A stretch of 64,000 nucleotides of DNA, taken from a virus. Each line of letters begins with the position of its first letter. Positions within the stretch are counted from its first letter, which is position 1. Shown piece after piece: positions 1 to 9,316 of the stretch. The translations under genes were made by a program, and so were the position numbers. Under the pieces are notes generated by a model. That model saw only the letters and a program-made list of their open reading frames with translations, did no database searches and was not told the DNA's origin. The stretch covers positions 7,872 to 71,871 of the IMG/VR virus record IMGVR_UViG_3300047408_000186; one strand, 5' to 3'.

Positions 1-2306
1 TGGTTGGTCGGATGCACGATCCAGACGCGCCCGTCCGGCTCTTGGATGATCACCCCGGCGCCCTGCTTCTTGCCCGGCGGCGTGGTCAGCTTCGGCTCGG
101 AGAACGGCGAGACGTTGGAATCGACCTCGGCCAGTTGGTCCCACCCGGCGTTGGTCTTCGGCGGATTGGCCCAGTGGGCGACAGCGACATTGCCGATCTT
201 GGTCGCCGCCGTCGGCTCACCCTTGAAGAATGACGCGGATTTGCCGCTGGCGCCGCCGGTTCCCGCGCCGGATGCTGGAACGCCACCGCCGGAGGATTTC
301 CCACCGCCAGATGATGCGCCACCACCGCCGCCGCTGCTGGTCCATTGGCCGCCGCCCTCGCCGGATTTGATCCGAGGCTCACTCGGGTCGAAGGCGTCGG
401 ACGTCTTGCCGCCGAGTGCCTGTTTCTGCGCCGCCGTGCCGGCGTCGTAGTCCTCGACCTTCGCGCCGTCGCCGGTCTTGTAGGGCGCGTGATGGCTCGG
501 GTCGTAGGTCATGAAGACCACGTCCGGGCGCCCGGCATTGTATTTACCGAAGGTGGAATAGTCCCAGCCGTCGGGCTTGTATTCGTCGTTGAACGGCAGC
601 CGCGCTACCGCCTTGAAGCCGTTCTTGCCATAGATGTCCGGCAGCACGGTGTCGAAGCAGTCGAGCCGCCGGCCGCCCTCTTGAGCGGCCAGCGCCAGCA
701 TCGATGCGGCGCCGTTCTTCGGCCCGCCCGGACGGCGGAACACCGAGATGATGTCGTCGCCGTGCAGCGCGAAGCCGGCCTTGGCGTCCGGCGTGGTGAA
801 CAGCCGCATCTGGTCGTAGTCGGCCGGGTCGTAGACGTGGACCGCCGCGCCGAATTTGGAGTCAGCTTTGCTGGCCGTGAGATACTGAGCGAAGGTGGCG
901 CCGCTGCCGGCGCCAAGCTCGTGATAGACCGGATTGTCGGCCTCAGCCGCCGCTAGGGCTTGGGCGCCGGCTCCGGTGGCGCGGTAGACGGCCCGGACGG
1001 CGGCACCGTCAGGTCGCAGCCCGCCGCCTCCAACATCTCTAGGGCTTCCTCGCGTGTAAGCCCCGGATGGTTCGCCAGGACTCCCGCCAGGAACTCCTGA
1101 TCGCTCAGCGGCAGTGGTTGCAGCGGTGTTGCCATCGACCTTCTCGCCCTTACCTTGGGTAGATGTTGCGCCGGCCCCACCGTTGCCAGCGGTTTCTTCA
1201 CCGGGCGGACGGGTGATCTTGATGGTAGAGCCTTTGTCCGGGTCGTTGCTGGCCACCTCGACATACGTGAAGTCCTGATGGACCCAAGAGTTGGTGTGGC
1301 TCAAATGGCGGAAACCGTGCAGCTTCAGGAAGCTGTCCAGTTGATTCATGGTCGGCTTGTCGATGTATGGCGCTTCGAAGGTGTCGGGACCGCTCCGCTT
1401 GAAGCCGATCTTGGCGATCAGGTCGTGGTGCGGCTCGGCGCCGGCCGCCTTGCTGCCGCCGGCCCCGGCGGTCCACTCGCCGGCCGGGTTGCGCGGCTCG
1501 CTCGGGTCGAAGGCGTCCCGCCCGCGCCCTCGGGTCCAGCCCTGCCATAGCCGCTTGCCGTCCGCCCAGAGGATCAGCCGACGCCGTCGCCGCCGGGCTG
1601 TGGGCGCGCTAGGTGGCGCCGCCCGGTCGTCCGCTGCCTCAGCCCTCGGGCGCGCGGGCAGCCCGGCGTGCCCCTGGCAGACGTCGCAGCCGCAGCCGGT
1701 GTCGTGGGTCGCCGGCAATTCGCCGCCATAGGCGGCGCGGTGGCGGTCCCTGGCGAGGTAGCTGTAGATCACCGCGCCGCTGTCGCCGATCGAGCAGCGG
1801 GCGCCGCAGCGGCCCTCGTCCACCAGGGCGACGTGGTTGCCGACGATCTGGCGCTGCGCGCCCCGGCCCCTGGAGACGCGCTCGTAGCTCGCGTCATAGC
1901 CGCAGGACAGCGCCAGCTTGCGCTTGCCCCGGACCTTCTCGATCGCCGCCGGGTCGGTGAACACCAGATCGGCGACCAGACAGTCGGCGTCGTCGCCGGT
2001 GCCACGGCGGACGTTCTGCACATGGCCGATGGCAAGCTGGCGGTGATTCGCCGGCGTGACTTCCTCGAAAGGATGGTCGTCGGTGATCGCCTTGCCTTCG
2101 AAGCTGGCGATGGCCTCCGGGCGGAACACCTCGGAGGCGTCGCGGGCGACGGTGACCATGCCGTGGTCGTCCGGATCGAGCGGCACTTCGGTGGCGTGGT
2201 AAATCTGATCGCCGCAGCGGGCGATGATGGTGTCGGTGACGATCAGGAAGCCGTCCGGCGTCAGCGCCTGTCGCGGTGACAGCCGCTCGGCGGTGTGCCA
2301 GCGCAT
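1..2306 (-). CDS. DUF2213-family (putative prohead protease) polyprotein with appended GNAT-like and Nudix-like domains; runs off the left edge
   Basis: ATG at 2306 with GGAGG upstream. Manual translation: MRWHTAERLSPRQALTPDGFLIVTDTIIARCGDQIY...SEVFRPEAIASFEGKAITDDHP...LSCGYDASY...IVGNHVALVDEGRCGARCSIGD (DUF2213 motifs). Frame stays open to position 1 (>768 codons), which explains its absence from the ORF track. Confidence 0.85.
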   Translation of the reverse strand, partial: MRWHTAERLSPRQALTPDGFLIVTDTIIARCGDQIYHATEVPLDPDDHGMVTVARDASEVFRPEAIASFEGKAITDDHPFEEVTPANHRQLAIGHVQNVRRGTGDDADCLVADLVFTDPAAIEKVRGKRKLALSCGYDASYERVSRGRGAQRQIVGNHVALVDEGRCGARCSIGDSGAVIYSYLARDRHRAAYGGELPATHDTGCGCDVCQGHAGLPARPRAEAADDRAAPPSAPTARRRRRRLILWADGKRLWQGWTRGRGRDAFDPSEPRNPAGEWTAGAGGSKAAGAEPHHDLIAKIGFKRSGPDTFEAPYIDKPTMNQLDSFLKLHGFRHLSHTNSWVHQDFTYVEVASNDPDKGSTIKITRPPGEETAGNGGAGATSTQGKGEKVDGNTAATTAAERSGVPGGSPGEPSGAYTRGSPRDVGGGGLRPDGAAVRAVYRATGAGAQALAAAEADNPVYHELGAGSGATFAQYLTASKADSKFGAAVHVYDPADYDQMRLFTTPDAKAGFALHGDDIISVFRRPGGPKNGAASMLALAAQEGGRRLDCFDTVLPDIYGKNGFKAVARLPFNDEYKPDGWDYSTFGKYNAGRPDVVFMTYDPSHHAPYKTGDGAKVEDYDAGTAAQKQALGGKTSDAFDPSEPRIKSGEGGGQWTSSGGGGGASSGGGKSSGGGVPASGAGTGGASGKSASFFKGEPTAATKIGNVAVAHWANPPKTNAGWDQLAEVDSNVSPFSEPKLTTPPGKKQGAGVIIQEPDGRVWIVHPTN
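953..1135 (-). CDS. Putative overprinted 60-aa protein nested in an alternative frame of the DUF2213 polyprotein linker
   Basis: MATPLQPLPLSDQEFLAGVLANHPGLTREEALEMLEAAGCDL... looks helical and protein-like, while the host frame is a G/S/R/P linker with rare codons (AGA, GGA, CCT, CTA); weak AAGG SD upstream. Confidence 0.5.
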   Translation of the reverse strand: MATPLQPLPLSDQEFLAGVLANHPGLTREEALEMLEAAGCDLTVPPSGPSTAPPEPAPKP

Positions 2307-2317
2307 GGGCGCCTCCG

Positions 2318-2413
2318 TCAGTCAGTCAGCCACAGCACCAGCGCAATCAGCGCCAGTTCCCACAGCACCATCACCAGCAGATAGATCGCGAGACGCCACC
2401 AGTCCTCATCCAC
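2318..2413 (-). CDS. Small membrane peptide
   Basis: VDEDWWRLAIYLLVMVLWELALIALVLWLTD fills the gap between two co-oriented genes; start uncertain. Confidence 0.35.
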   Translation of the reverse strand: MDEDWWRLAIYLLVMVLWELALIALVLWLTD

Positions 2414-2448
2414 GAGCAGACAGAGCGCGAGGCGGCAACAATCCTCGT

Positions 2449-2736
2449 CTATGCGCTGCGCGCCGGAGCATTGACGGTGGTCACCACGTCATTGCCCGTC
2501 CGGGTCTGCTGCCACACGCCCGAGCAGGTCGCGCATGTGTAGACCGTGAGGAAGGTGTTCGGGTCGGCGTTGACCTGCGTGCCCGCGCCATCGACCACCG
2601 GCTCCCACGCGATCTTCGTCATCACGCTCGACTGCGCGGTGATGCGGCAGGCCGCCGGCTCGTTCGGGCAGTCCGGATGGCGGTTGGTTGCCTCCGCCGG
2701 CGGCATGGGTTCGGGCGGCGGCTCGGTTTCCGACAT
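2449..2736 (-). CDS. Hypothetical Cys-containing (possible Zn-binding) protein
   Basis: HPDC..C and CxxC motifs; co-oriented in the head operon. Confidence 0.6.
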   Translation of the reverse strand: MSETEPPPEPMPPAEATNRHPDCPNEPAACRITAQSSVMTKIAWEPVVDGAGTQVNADPNTFLTVYTCATCSGVWQQTRTGNDVVTTVNAPARSA

Positions 2737-2740
2737 GGCT

Positions 2741-2983
2741 TCAGTATCCCGCCTCGGTGGCCGCCTGCTCGTTCTCGATCTCGGCGCGCCAGAACAGTAT
2801 CGCGCAGCGCTGGCACAGCAGCGCGGTTCTGCCGGGATGCTGGAAATTCCCCGACAGCACTAGTGCCGATTCAAGCGGCGCCAGCGGTGTTTGGCAATGC
2901 GAGCAATCATAGGCGTCTTCCGGCGAATAGCGCACGCGGCCCCAATCGTATTTCAGCGGCTGGACGTTGAGGTTTTTCGTCAC
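2741..2983 (-). CDS. Hypothetical Zn-finger protein
   Basis: GTG start; CSHC...CQRC motifs. Confidence 0.55.
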   Translation of the reverse strand: MTKNLNVQPLKYDWGRVRYSPEDAYDCSHCQTPLAPLESALVLSGNFQHPGRTALLCQRCAILFWRAEIENEQAATEAGY

Positions 2984-3018
2984 GGCGTCAGTCCCCTTGG
3001 CGACCCGGCGCGTCCACT

Positions 3019-3846
3019 CTACTCCGGCAGGATGGGCAGGGCGACGCAGCGGCAGTTCCAGATTTGCCCCGGATGCGAATGATGATCCGGCGGGTCCGAT
3101 AGCGGCGGGTCGTCCCAACGAAATTCGTGGTTGTTCAGCCGACGGTGGCTCGGTCGCACCTTCCAGTCGCCCGACGTCTTCCAGATATAGCTGTCGGCGC
3201 CGACATGCACCGCCCTCGCCTGCACCAGCACGCTGGCGGTGCGCGCGGTCTCGGTGCGCGCGATCAGCGTGGCGCGGTAGTTCAGCCATTCTTCGGTGGC
3301 GTCGGGATGCGCCAGCGCCAGCGCCTCGCGGATGTCGCCCTCAAGCTCGGGATAGCGCGAGCCGAGCGAGATCGCGTTCAGGGTGTTCTCGTGCACCCGC
3401 TGCGCGGCGTCGAGCGGCAGCGAGGTGATCAGCCCGACCTGCTCGTTCAGCAGCCCGACCATCGCCTCGCCGGTCGGCGCGTTGAGGATTTCCTGACGCA
3501 TCTGATAGGACATCTCGGCGGTGTAGCGCTGCCACGCCGTGAGGTTACGCCGGTTGACCTCCTTGATCATGCGCCATGCCGCCGCGCGCGCCCATGGCAG
3601 CGTCCCCGCCGTGTAGCGCCGCAACGCCTCGGTCAGTTCGGTCATCTTCTCGGGCGGCACCAGCAGCGGGTCGCCCTCGGCGTGAAAGCCGATGATCTGC
3701 GCGATCTGCTTGGCATACAGCCGCAGCGCCGCGCCATAGGACATCTGCGCGTTGTGCGCTCTGGCGAATTCCTGCTCGGCGCGGAATTCCTTGCGCCTGC
3801 GCGCGCGGGCCTCGGCGCGGGTCTCCGCGTCGTCGAGGGTCGCCAC
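3019..3846 (-). CDS. Phage head morphogenesis protein (MuF / SPP1 gp7 family)
   Basis: RATLIARTET...YIWKTSGDWKVRPSH...HPGQIWNCRC signature; GTG start just after the portal stop. Confidence 0.92.
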   Translation of the reverse strand: MATLDDAETRAEARARRRKEFRAEQEFARAHNAQMSYGAALRLYAKQIAQIIGFHAEGDPLLVPPEKMTELTEALRRYTAGTLPWARAAAWRMIKEVNRRNLTAWQRYTAEMSYQMRQEILNAPTGEAMVGLLNEQVGLITSLPLDAAQRVHENTLNAISLGSRYPELEGDIREALALAHPDATEEWLNYRATLIARTETARTASVLVQARAVHVGADSYIWKTSGDWKVRPSHRRLNNHEFRWDDPPLSDPPDHHSHPGQIWNCRCVALPILPE

Positions 3847-3848
3847 GG

Positions 3849-5522
3849 TCAGGCTTCGCGCCGCCAATACGCCACCGAGTGTGGTGGTGTGGAATCCTCG
3901 CTGCTGCTCTTGCCAAACGGCCCCGCCGTCGCCTTGGGCTGCGGCACCGAGGCACCGCCACCGCCGCCCGGCGGCTTGGCGCCAGCCGCGCCGCCACCAA
4001 AGCCGGGCGGCTTCGCGCCGGGCATTCCTGGCGGCGCCCCTGGCAGGCCGGGATGCGGTGGCGCCCCTGGCATCCCTGGCATCATGCCGGGCATGCCGGG
4101 CATGCCGCCAGCCGCCGGGTCGGGCGGCTCCCATGGCGGCGGCGCCTGCTTGCTGTCCTCGATATCTTCCTCGGTGATGTTGGTGAATCGCCCGGTGATG
4201 ATCGAGCTTTGCTTGAGTTCCAGCAGTGCGATCGTGGTCGAGATGATGCCGCCCTGATGCAGCATGTTGATGGTGTCCGCGTCGCGCTGCGCAAGCTCGG
4301 CCTTCTCCAGTTCATCTAGCTGGCGCAGCGAGCGGAACGAGAAGCCCCATGTGTCGGGCGCCGGCTTGCCGAGCACCGATTGCCAGAACACGTCGAAGAC
4401 GCGGGTGAGTGGCCGACGCAGCCGGGCTTCCTGCGTCGAGTTGATCATGTCGTAGTAGAGCCGGATGTCGCTCTCGCCGGTGGCGTTCATGCCGCTCGGC
4501 GACTGGCCAAACAGCCGCACCAGCGGGATACCGAGCGCGCCGGATATCTGCTGGCCGAGGATCATCAGGGTCTCCGGAATGCCGGAGAAGCTGTAGGCGT
4601 GGGTTTCGAATTCGTCCTTCGCGTCGATCACGGTCATGCCCTCGTTCGACTGCATGATCCGCATCAGTTCCATGGTGCGCGCGAAGCGCTCTTGCAGCGG
4701 CCCGCCGGCACCGATCAGATTGCGATAGCCATCGACCTTGTAGGTGCGCAGGTAGGCTTTGTAGAGCAGTTGCGCGGCGCCCATGGTGCCGCTGTCGAAC
4801 GCGATCAGCCGGTCATACAGTCGCTCGATGACCGACATGCCCCAGCCGTTTTCCGATAGTTTCTGACGAAACGGCAGCGTGACGCCGTCCATCCTGACGC
4901 ATCGCGTGTAGTGGATGCGCTGGCGCGGCATGAACGGCGCGGTCGCGATCACGTCGTAGAAGCGCGGCATGCCGTAATCGGGACCGTAGTCGAGCACCAG
5001 ATCGCTGAAGGTCTGCTGCACCATCCAACGGTCGAGCACCATGAAGCCCTTGAGTTGGCCTTCGCTGACCGTCTCCGGGTCCAGTTCGGTGGCCATGTCC
5101 TGGCCATCGATCTGCATCACCATCAGCGCGCCGCCGTAGAGCCGCGACCATTTGACGGTCTCGTTCAGCGACTGCCACAGCAAGGTCTCGTGCATCGCTG
5201 TCTGCAATTGCTCGATGTCGTCCGGGTCGGTGTCGGAGTTCATCTGAATCCCGGCGCGGGTCATGTCGTCCGCCACGCAATCCACCGCCGCGCCGATGAT
5301 CCACGAGCCGCGATACGCCCATTCCAGCATCTGCTGAATGCGCGAGATCGGCATGAAGTTGTAGCTGCTGGCCGCCAGTTGGTTGCCGGTGCCGATGCCG
5401 ATGCGCGCCACGAAATTGGTAATCGCATCGGTGGTCAGATGGCCGAGCCGGTCGTTGCTCGACCCCGCCGGCACGCGGATGCGCTGGCGCTCTGGCTGTC
5501 CGGATGACGGCTGATCAGACAC
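3849..5522 (-). CDS. Portal protein (DUF1073 family) with Pro/Gly-rich C-terminal tail
   Basis: YRGSWIIGAAVDCVADDMTRAG, SRLYGG, GIPLVRLFGQSPSGMNATGESDIRLYYD motifs; lies between terminase and MuF. Confidence 0.9.
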   Translation of the reverse strand: MSDQPSSGQPERQRIRVPAGSSNDRLGHLTTDAITNFVARIGIGTGNQLAASSYNFMPISRIQQMLEWAYRGSWIIGAAVDCVADDMTRAGIQMNSDTDPDDIEQLQTAMHETLLWQSLNETVKWSRLYGGALMVMQIDGQDMATELDPETVSEGQLKGFMVLDRWMVQQTFSDLVLDYGPDYGMPRFYDVIATAPFMPRQRIHYTRCVRMDGVTLPFRQKLSENGWGMSVIERLYDRLIAFDSGTMGAAQLLYKAYLRTYKVDGYRNLIGAGGPLQERFARTMELMRIMQSNEGMTVIDAKDEFETHAYSFSGIPETLMILGQQISGALGIPLVRLFGQSPSGMNATGESDIRLYYDMINSTQEARLRRPLTRVFDVFWQSVLGKPAPDTWGFSFRSLRQLDELEKAELAQRDADTINMLHQGGIISTTIALLELKQSSIITGRFTNITEEDIEDSKQAPPPWEPPDPAAGGMPGMPGMMPGMPGAPPHPGLPGAPPGMPGAKPPGFGGGAAGAKPPGGGGGASVPQPKATAGPFGKSSSEDSTPPHSVAYWRREA

Positions 5523-5539
5523 TGCGATAGGCTCGCGTC

Positions 5540-5998
5540 ATGGCAAATCCTCCGACAGCCCGTCCGCTGACCAACGGTAAGAAGCGGCGCGGTCGCCCGC
5601 CCGGCGTCGGGCGCAAGCCGCCACCGGCGACCCCGGCGAACGGCGCCGAGCCTTGGGAATCGCGTCTGGCGCTGCTGCATGCCGACGTCCGCCGGATGGA
5701 GGCGGCGTTCAATCGTGCGCGCGCCGGCGACGCGGCAGACAACTACGACTTCGCCCGCAATGCGGTCGAGGTGTTGCGGCGCGACTTCGCCACCTTCGCC
5801 TCGCGGTTCAACGTCACGGTGGAGGCCGCGCACCATAACGCCGAGCAGGACACCAAGCGGCTGACCGCGATCGAGACCGCGATCAATGCGCTGATGGCGG
5901 CGGTCGGGAATACTCAGGAACTAGCCGCCGAGAACCGCACGCTGCGCGACCATCTGATCACGATCATCACCGGCGTAGCGGCGCGACCAGCGGAATGA
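5540..5998 (+). CDS. Hypothetical protein with AT-hook-like RGRP motif and coiled coil
   Basis: KKRRGRPPG followed by heptad-like helices; counter-oriented insert. Confidence 0.65.
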   Translation: MANPPTARPLTNGKKRRGRPPGVGRKPPPATPANGAEPWESRLALLHADVRRMEAAFNRARAGDAADNYDFARNAVEVLRRDFATFASRFNVTVEAAHHNAEQDTKRLTAIETAINALMAAVGNTQELAAENRTLRDHLITIITGVAARPAE

Positions 5999-6207
5999 GT
6001 GACGCATCCGAGAGAAGCGAGGCGCAGCGCATTGCGGTGCTAGGCAACAAACTGCTGGCTGCCGGCGACGGGCACAGCAATGGCGATATGCTGATGGCGG
6101 CGTCGATGATCATCAATCGCATCATCACCGGGGAACCCGACCCCAAGGCGCAGCGCACGCTGATTGCCGCCGTGCACCGCATGATCGAGCCGGAGATGCC
6201 GCACTAG
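5995..6207 (+). CDS. Hypothetical protein
   Basis: ATGA overlap with the upstream gene. Confidence 0.6.
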   Translation: MSDASERSEAQRIAVLGNKLLAAGDGHSNGDMLMAASMIINRIITGEPDPKAQRTLIAAVHRMIEPEMPH

Positions 6208-7577
6208 AGGCGCATCCACTCCGCCAGGGTCGAGGCGGCGACCAGATGGAAGGCGCGCGACGTGGCGTCCACCACGTCGTCGTGCGGCAGTTCGGGGAAG
6301 CCCTCCAATTGCTGTAACCACGCCTCGTTCCAGTCGCCGCGCAGCACCAGCACATTGCCCGCCTCGGCCTGCGCCGAGAACGGCGAGAAGCGGGTGATCT
6401 TGTCGCCGGTCTCCGGTGTGGATTCCAGTGGGAAGCCCGCCATGATGCGGGTGAACTGGGCGATCTGCGACTTGCCCGCCTGTCCAGGGTCCTGCGGCAG
6501 CCCGATGGTGACGTCGTAGCCGTCCTGCGTCGAGATGTTCATCACCGCGCGCTCGACCTCGGCGGGCGTGCCGCGAAACGCGGTGGCGTGCATCACCAGA
6601 TAGGTGCCGTCGATCAGCCGGCCGATCTTCACGCTGGCGGTGAAATCCGGATCGTTCTCGGCAGTCTCCGGCGTCGCCGCCAAATCCCATCCGCGCGCGG
6701 TCTGCACCACCACCGGCGAGATATCCACCACCTTGACCCAGGCGCGGTTGAAGTAGAGGCCGGCGCTCGGCCTGATCTTCCAGTTGCCGTTCAGCAGCCG
6801 TTCGCGCTCGACCTGCGGCAGTGCCATCAGATTGCCGACATAGGCCGGGTCGTTGCGCATCAGCGCCGGGTTATCGGCGAGCTTCGCCGCGATGAAGGTC
6901 AGCGATTTGATCTGGTCGCGCGTGCGCCCGGTCACCGCCATCGCCTCTTTCGCGGTGTCGAACCAGATCAGTGAATCATCGTGGCCGCGCACGAAGTAGC
7001 GCACCACGCCGGAGCGCTCAGGGATCGGATAGCCGGTGACCGGGTCCCACCACCACTGGATCAGATCGGCGACCCATGAGCCGGCGTCGGCATTGCATGA
7101 CGCGCGTATATACGGTCGCACGCCGGTCATGCCGCGATTGCGGCTGAGCAGGTAGAAGAACTGGTATTTCGTGAAGGTGGTCAATTCGTCGAAGCAGATC
7201 AGCGGCACCTGTGCGCCGTGCCAGTCGAGCACGGTCTGATCGTATTCCAGATGCGACAGCTTGATCGACCCCTTGCCCGGCCAGCGCCACGTCAGTTGGT
7301 GGTTGATCGGCACGCCGTGCGCGTGCGGATAGAGCTTCATCGACTCATCCCACAGGCCGCCGGGCTTGCGGATGTCGGTGGTGTTGCGGCGGAACATCAC
7401 GCTGTCGAAGCCGGGAACGCTGCACGCATAGCGCATGGCTTCCAGCATCAGGCCGAAGGATTTGCCCGAGCCGGCCGAGCCGCCGTAGATGCAGATGTCG
7501 GCCGTGCTCGACAGGAACGCGGTCTGCGGTCCCGGCTGCGGCATGATCTTCAGGCGGTCGTCAGCGGCAGCGCTCAT
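6204..7577 (-). CDS. terL: Terminase large subunit
   Basis: PQPGPQ, YGGSAGSGKS (Walker A), LICFDELT (Walker B), GWDLAAT and HDDVVDA nuclease motifs. Confidence 0.95.
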   Translation of the reverse strand: MSAAADDRLKIMPQPGPQTAFLSSTADICIYGGSAGSGKSFGLMLEAMRYACSVPGFDSVMFRRNTTDIRKPGGLWDESMKLYPHAHGVPINHQLTWRWPGKGSIKLSHLEYDQTVLDWHGAQVPLICFDELTTFTKYQFFYLLSRNRGMTGVRPYIRASCNADAGSWVADLIQWWWDPVTGYPIPERSGVVRYFVRGHDDSLIWFDTAKEAMAVTGRTRDQIKSLTFIAAKLADNPALMRNDPAYVGNLMALPQVERERLLNGNWKIRPSAGLYFNRAWVKVVDISPVVVQTARGWDLAATPETAENDPDFTASVKIGRLIDGTYLVMHATAFRGTPAEVERAVMNISTQDGYDVTIGLPQDPGQAGKSQIAQFTRIMAGFPLESTPETGDKITRFSPFSAQAEAGNVLVLRGDWNEAWLQQLEGFPELPHDDVVDATSRAFHLVAASTLAEWMRL

Positions 7578-8131
7578 TGGTCATCGGTGCCGGTCTTCGC
7601 CGCCGGCTCGCCCTCGATCAGCGGCGGGAACGTGACGTCCTCGTCAGGCTCCGGCAGGTCGCGACCATTCGGTGGCATATAGAAATGAACGACATCGGCA
7701 TCGCCGCTGCCCGTCTTGCCGTGGGCGATGTCGCCGTAGGCGTTGAGCATGCCTGTCGGCAGTTGCCATTCCGGCCCGCCATGGGTGACCAGCCAATATC
7801 GCTGCGCCGCGACATTGCCCGCCAGCGCCTCGCGCACCACGGCGGCGCCGATGCGCGCCTTCACATGCAAGCGGCCCTCGGCGAGTTCCGCCTTGCAGTA
7901 TTTGCGCAGCGTCTTCTCGGAGATTTTGATCACCTTGGAGATGACGTCGTGGGCGTTGCCGTTGGCAGCGAGCACCATGACCATCTGGCGCTGTTCCTCG
8001 CTCGGCATGTCGATCGGTGGCAATCGCCCGTGCTCGTCGCTGATGCCGCGCGGCTCGCCTATCCGCACGCGTTCTCCCGCATGTCCCGTTTCACTGCGAA
8101 ACGCGATCAGCTTCTTGCCCTTTGGCATCAT
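7574..8131 (-). CDS. terS: Probable terminase small subunit
   Basis: HTH (ISKVIKISEKTLRKY), GNVAAQRYWL motif, directly upstream of terL with ATGA overlap. Confidence 0.75.
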   Translation of the reverse strand: MMPKGKKLIAFRSETGHAGERVRIGEPRGISDEHGRLPPIDMPSEEQRQMVMVLAANGNAHDVISKVIKISEKTLRKYCKAELAEGRLHVKARIGAAVVREALAGNVAAQRYWLVTHGGPEWQLPTGMLNAYGDIAHGKTGSGDADVVHFYMPPNGRDLPEPDEDVTFPPLIEGEPAAKTGTDDQ

Positions 8132-9302
8132 CCTCGTCTGGCTCCCGTTCGCAGATGGCGGTTTGCCCGGTGAATTGTTCCCATCGCAACACGGCGATGT
8201 CGCAATAGGTCGGGCTGATCTCGGTGCCGATGCAGCGTCGCCCGGTGCGCTCGGCGGCAATCAGTGTGGTGCCCGAGCCGATGAACGGATCGAACACCGT
8301 GGCGTCCGGTGGCACCCATTGCTCGATGATGTGGGTGACCTGATCGGCCGGGCGCGGGCAGGGATGCTGGCGCTGGATATTGCCGGGCTTGGCGGCTTCC
8401 GACGCGGTGTCGGCCATGTGCCAGTCGCGATTGTTGGTGCGCGCGCACCACGGCTCCGGCCCCGGCATCTTCCACCACACCAGCACCGCGTCGTAGGCGT
8501 GATACATCGTGGCGCCGGGCGTCATGTTGACGAAGTTCCGCGCGCCGCAGAATAGCTGCCAGTCGCGTGGGAACCAATCGACGAGGCGCCGGATGTTGCG
8601 CGGCGACTGCCAGACGAAGACCGGCGAGCCGGGATCGCAGCACGCCTCGGCGCGTTCGATGATGCGCCATATCCAGGCGCCGTATCCCTCGGCACCGTAG
8701 TCGGTGTCGTCGTGCTGGTCATACTCAAAGCCGATGCCATAGGGCGGGTCGGTGACCACGCCGCCGAGCCTCGGCAGGCTGTCGAAGATGTCGTGGCAGT
8801 CGCCGCAGTAGAGGGTGTGAACACCGAGCCGCCAGACGTCGCGGGGCTTCACGCGCGGCACGCGCGGCGCGCCGGGAATCGCGTCGGGATCGACCAGCCC
8901 CTTGGTGCGCTTGATCAGCAGCCGGTCGATCTCCTTCTGCTCAAAGCCGGAGATCAGCAGGTCCCAGCCGCCCATCTGAAGCTCGCCCATCTCCAGCTTG
9001 AGCAGTTGGTCGTCCCAGATGGCTTCCTGGCCGAGCCGGTTATCGGCGAGCCGGTAGGCGCGGACCTTCTCGGGCGAGAGGTTGTCGGCGACGTGCACCG
9101 GCACCTCGGTCATGCCCAGCCGCTTGGCGGCGGCGTGGCGAACGTGGCCGCAGATGATGACCATGTTGGTATCGACCACGATCGGCTGCTGCCAGCCGAA
9201 TTCCTTTAGGCTGACCATCACCTTCGGCACCGCCGTCTTGATGATCCTCGGGTTGTGCCGATACGGGAACACGTCCCGTAACTTCATCATCCTGATATCC
9301 AT
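8091..9302 (-). CDS. ParB-N domain + N6/N4 DNA methyltransferase
   Basis: YRHNPR..EFGWQQPIVVD..GHVR..ADNR (ParB-N); DPPY, HPCPRP, FDPFIGSGTT (beta-class MTase). Alternative start 9323. Confidence 0.9.
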   Translation of the reverse strand: MDIRMMKLRDVFPYRHNPRIIKTAVPKVMVSLKEFGWQQPIVVDTNMVIICGHVRHAAAKRLGMTEVPVHVADNLSPEKVRAYRLADNRLGQEAIWDDQLLKLEMGELQMGGWDLLISGFEQKEIDRLLIKRTKGLVDPDAIPGAPRVPRVKPRDVWRLGVHTLYCGDCHDIFDSLPRLGGVVTDPPYGIGFEYDQHDDTDYGAEGYGAWIWRIIERAEACCDPGSPVFVWQSPRNIRRLVDWFPRDWQLFCGARNFVNMTPGATMYHAYDAVLVWWKMPGPEPWCARTNNRDWHMADTASEAAKPGNIQRQHPCPRPADQVTHIIEQWVPPDATVFDPFIGSGTTLIAAERTGRRCIGTEISPTYCDIAVLRWEQFTGQTAICEREPDEDDAKGQEADRVSQ

Positions 9303-9316
9303 CGGCACCCCGACTA

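Noticed and set aside
3849-5522. Portal read as an anti-CBASS Acb1 protein
   Set aside because: No HxT phosphodiesterase domain visible; position and motifs fit a plain DUF1073 portal.
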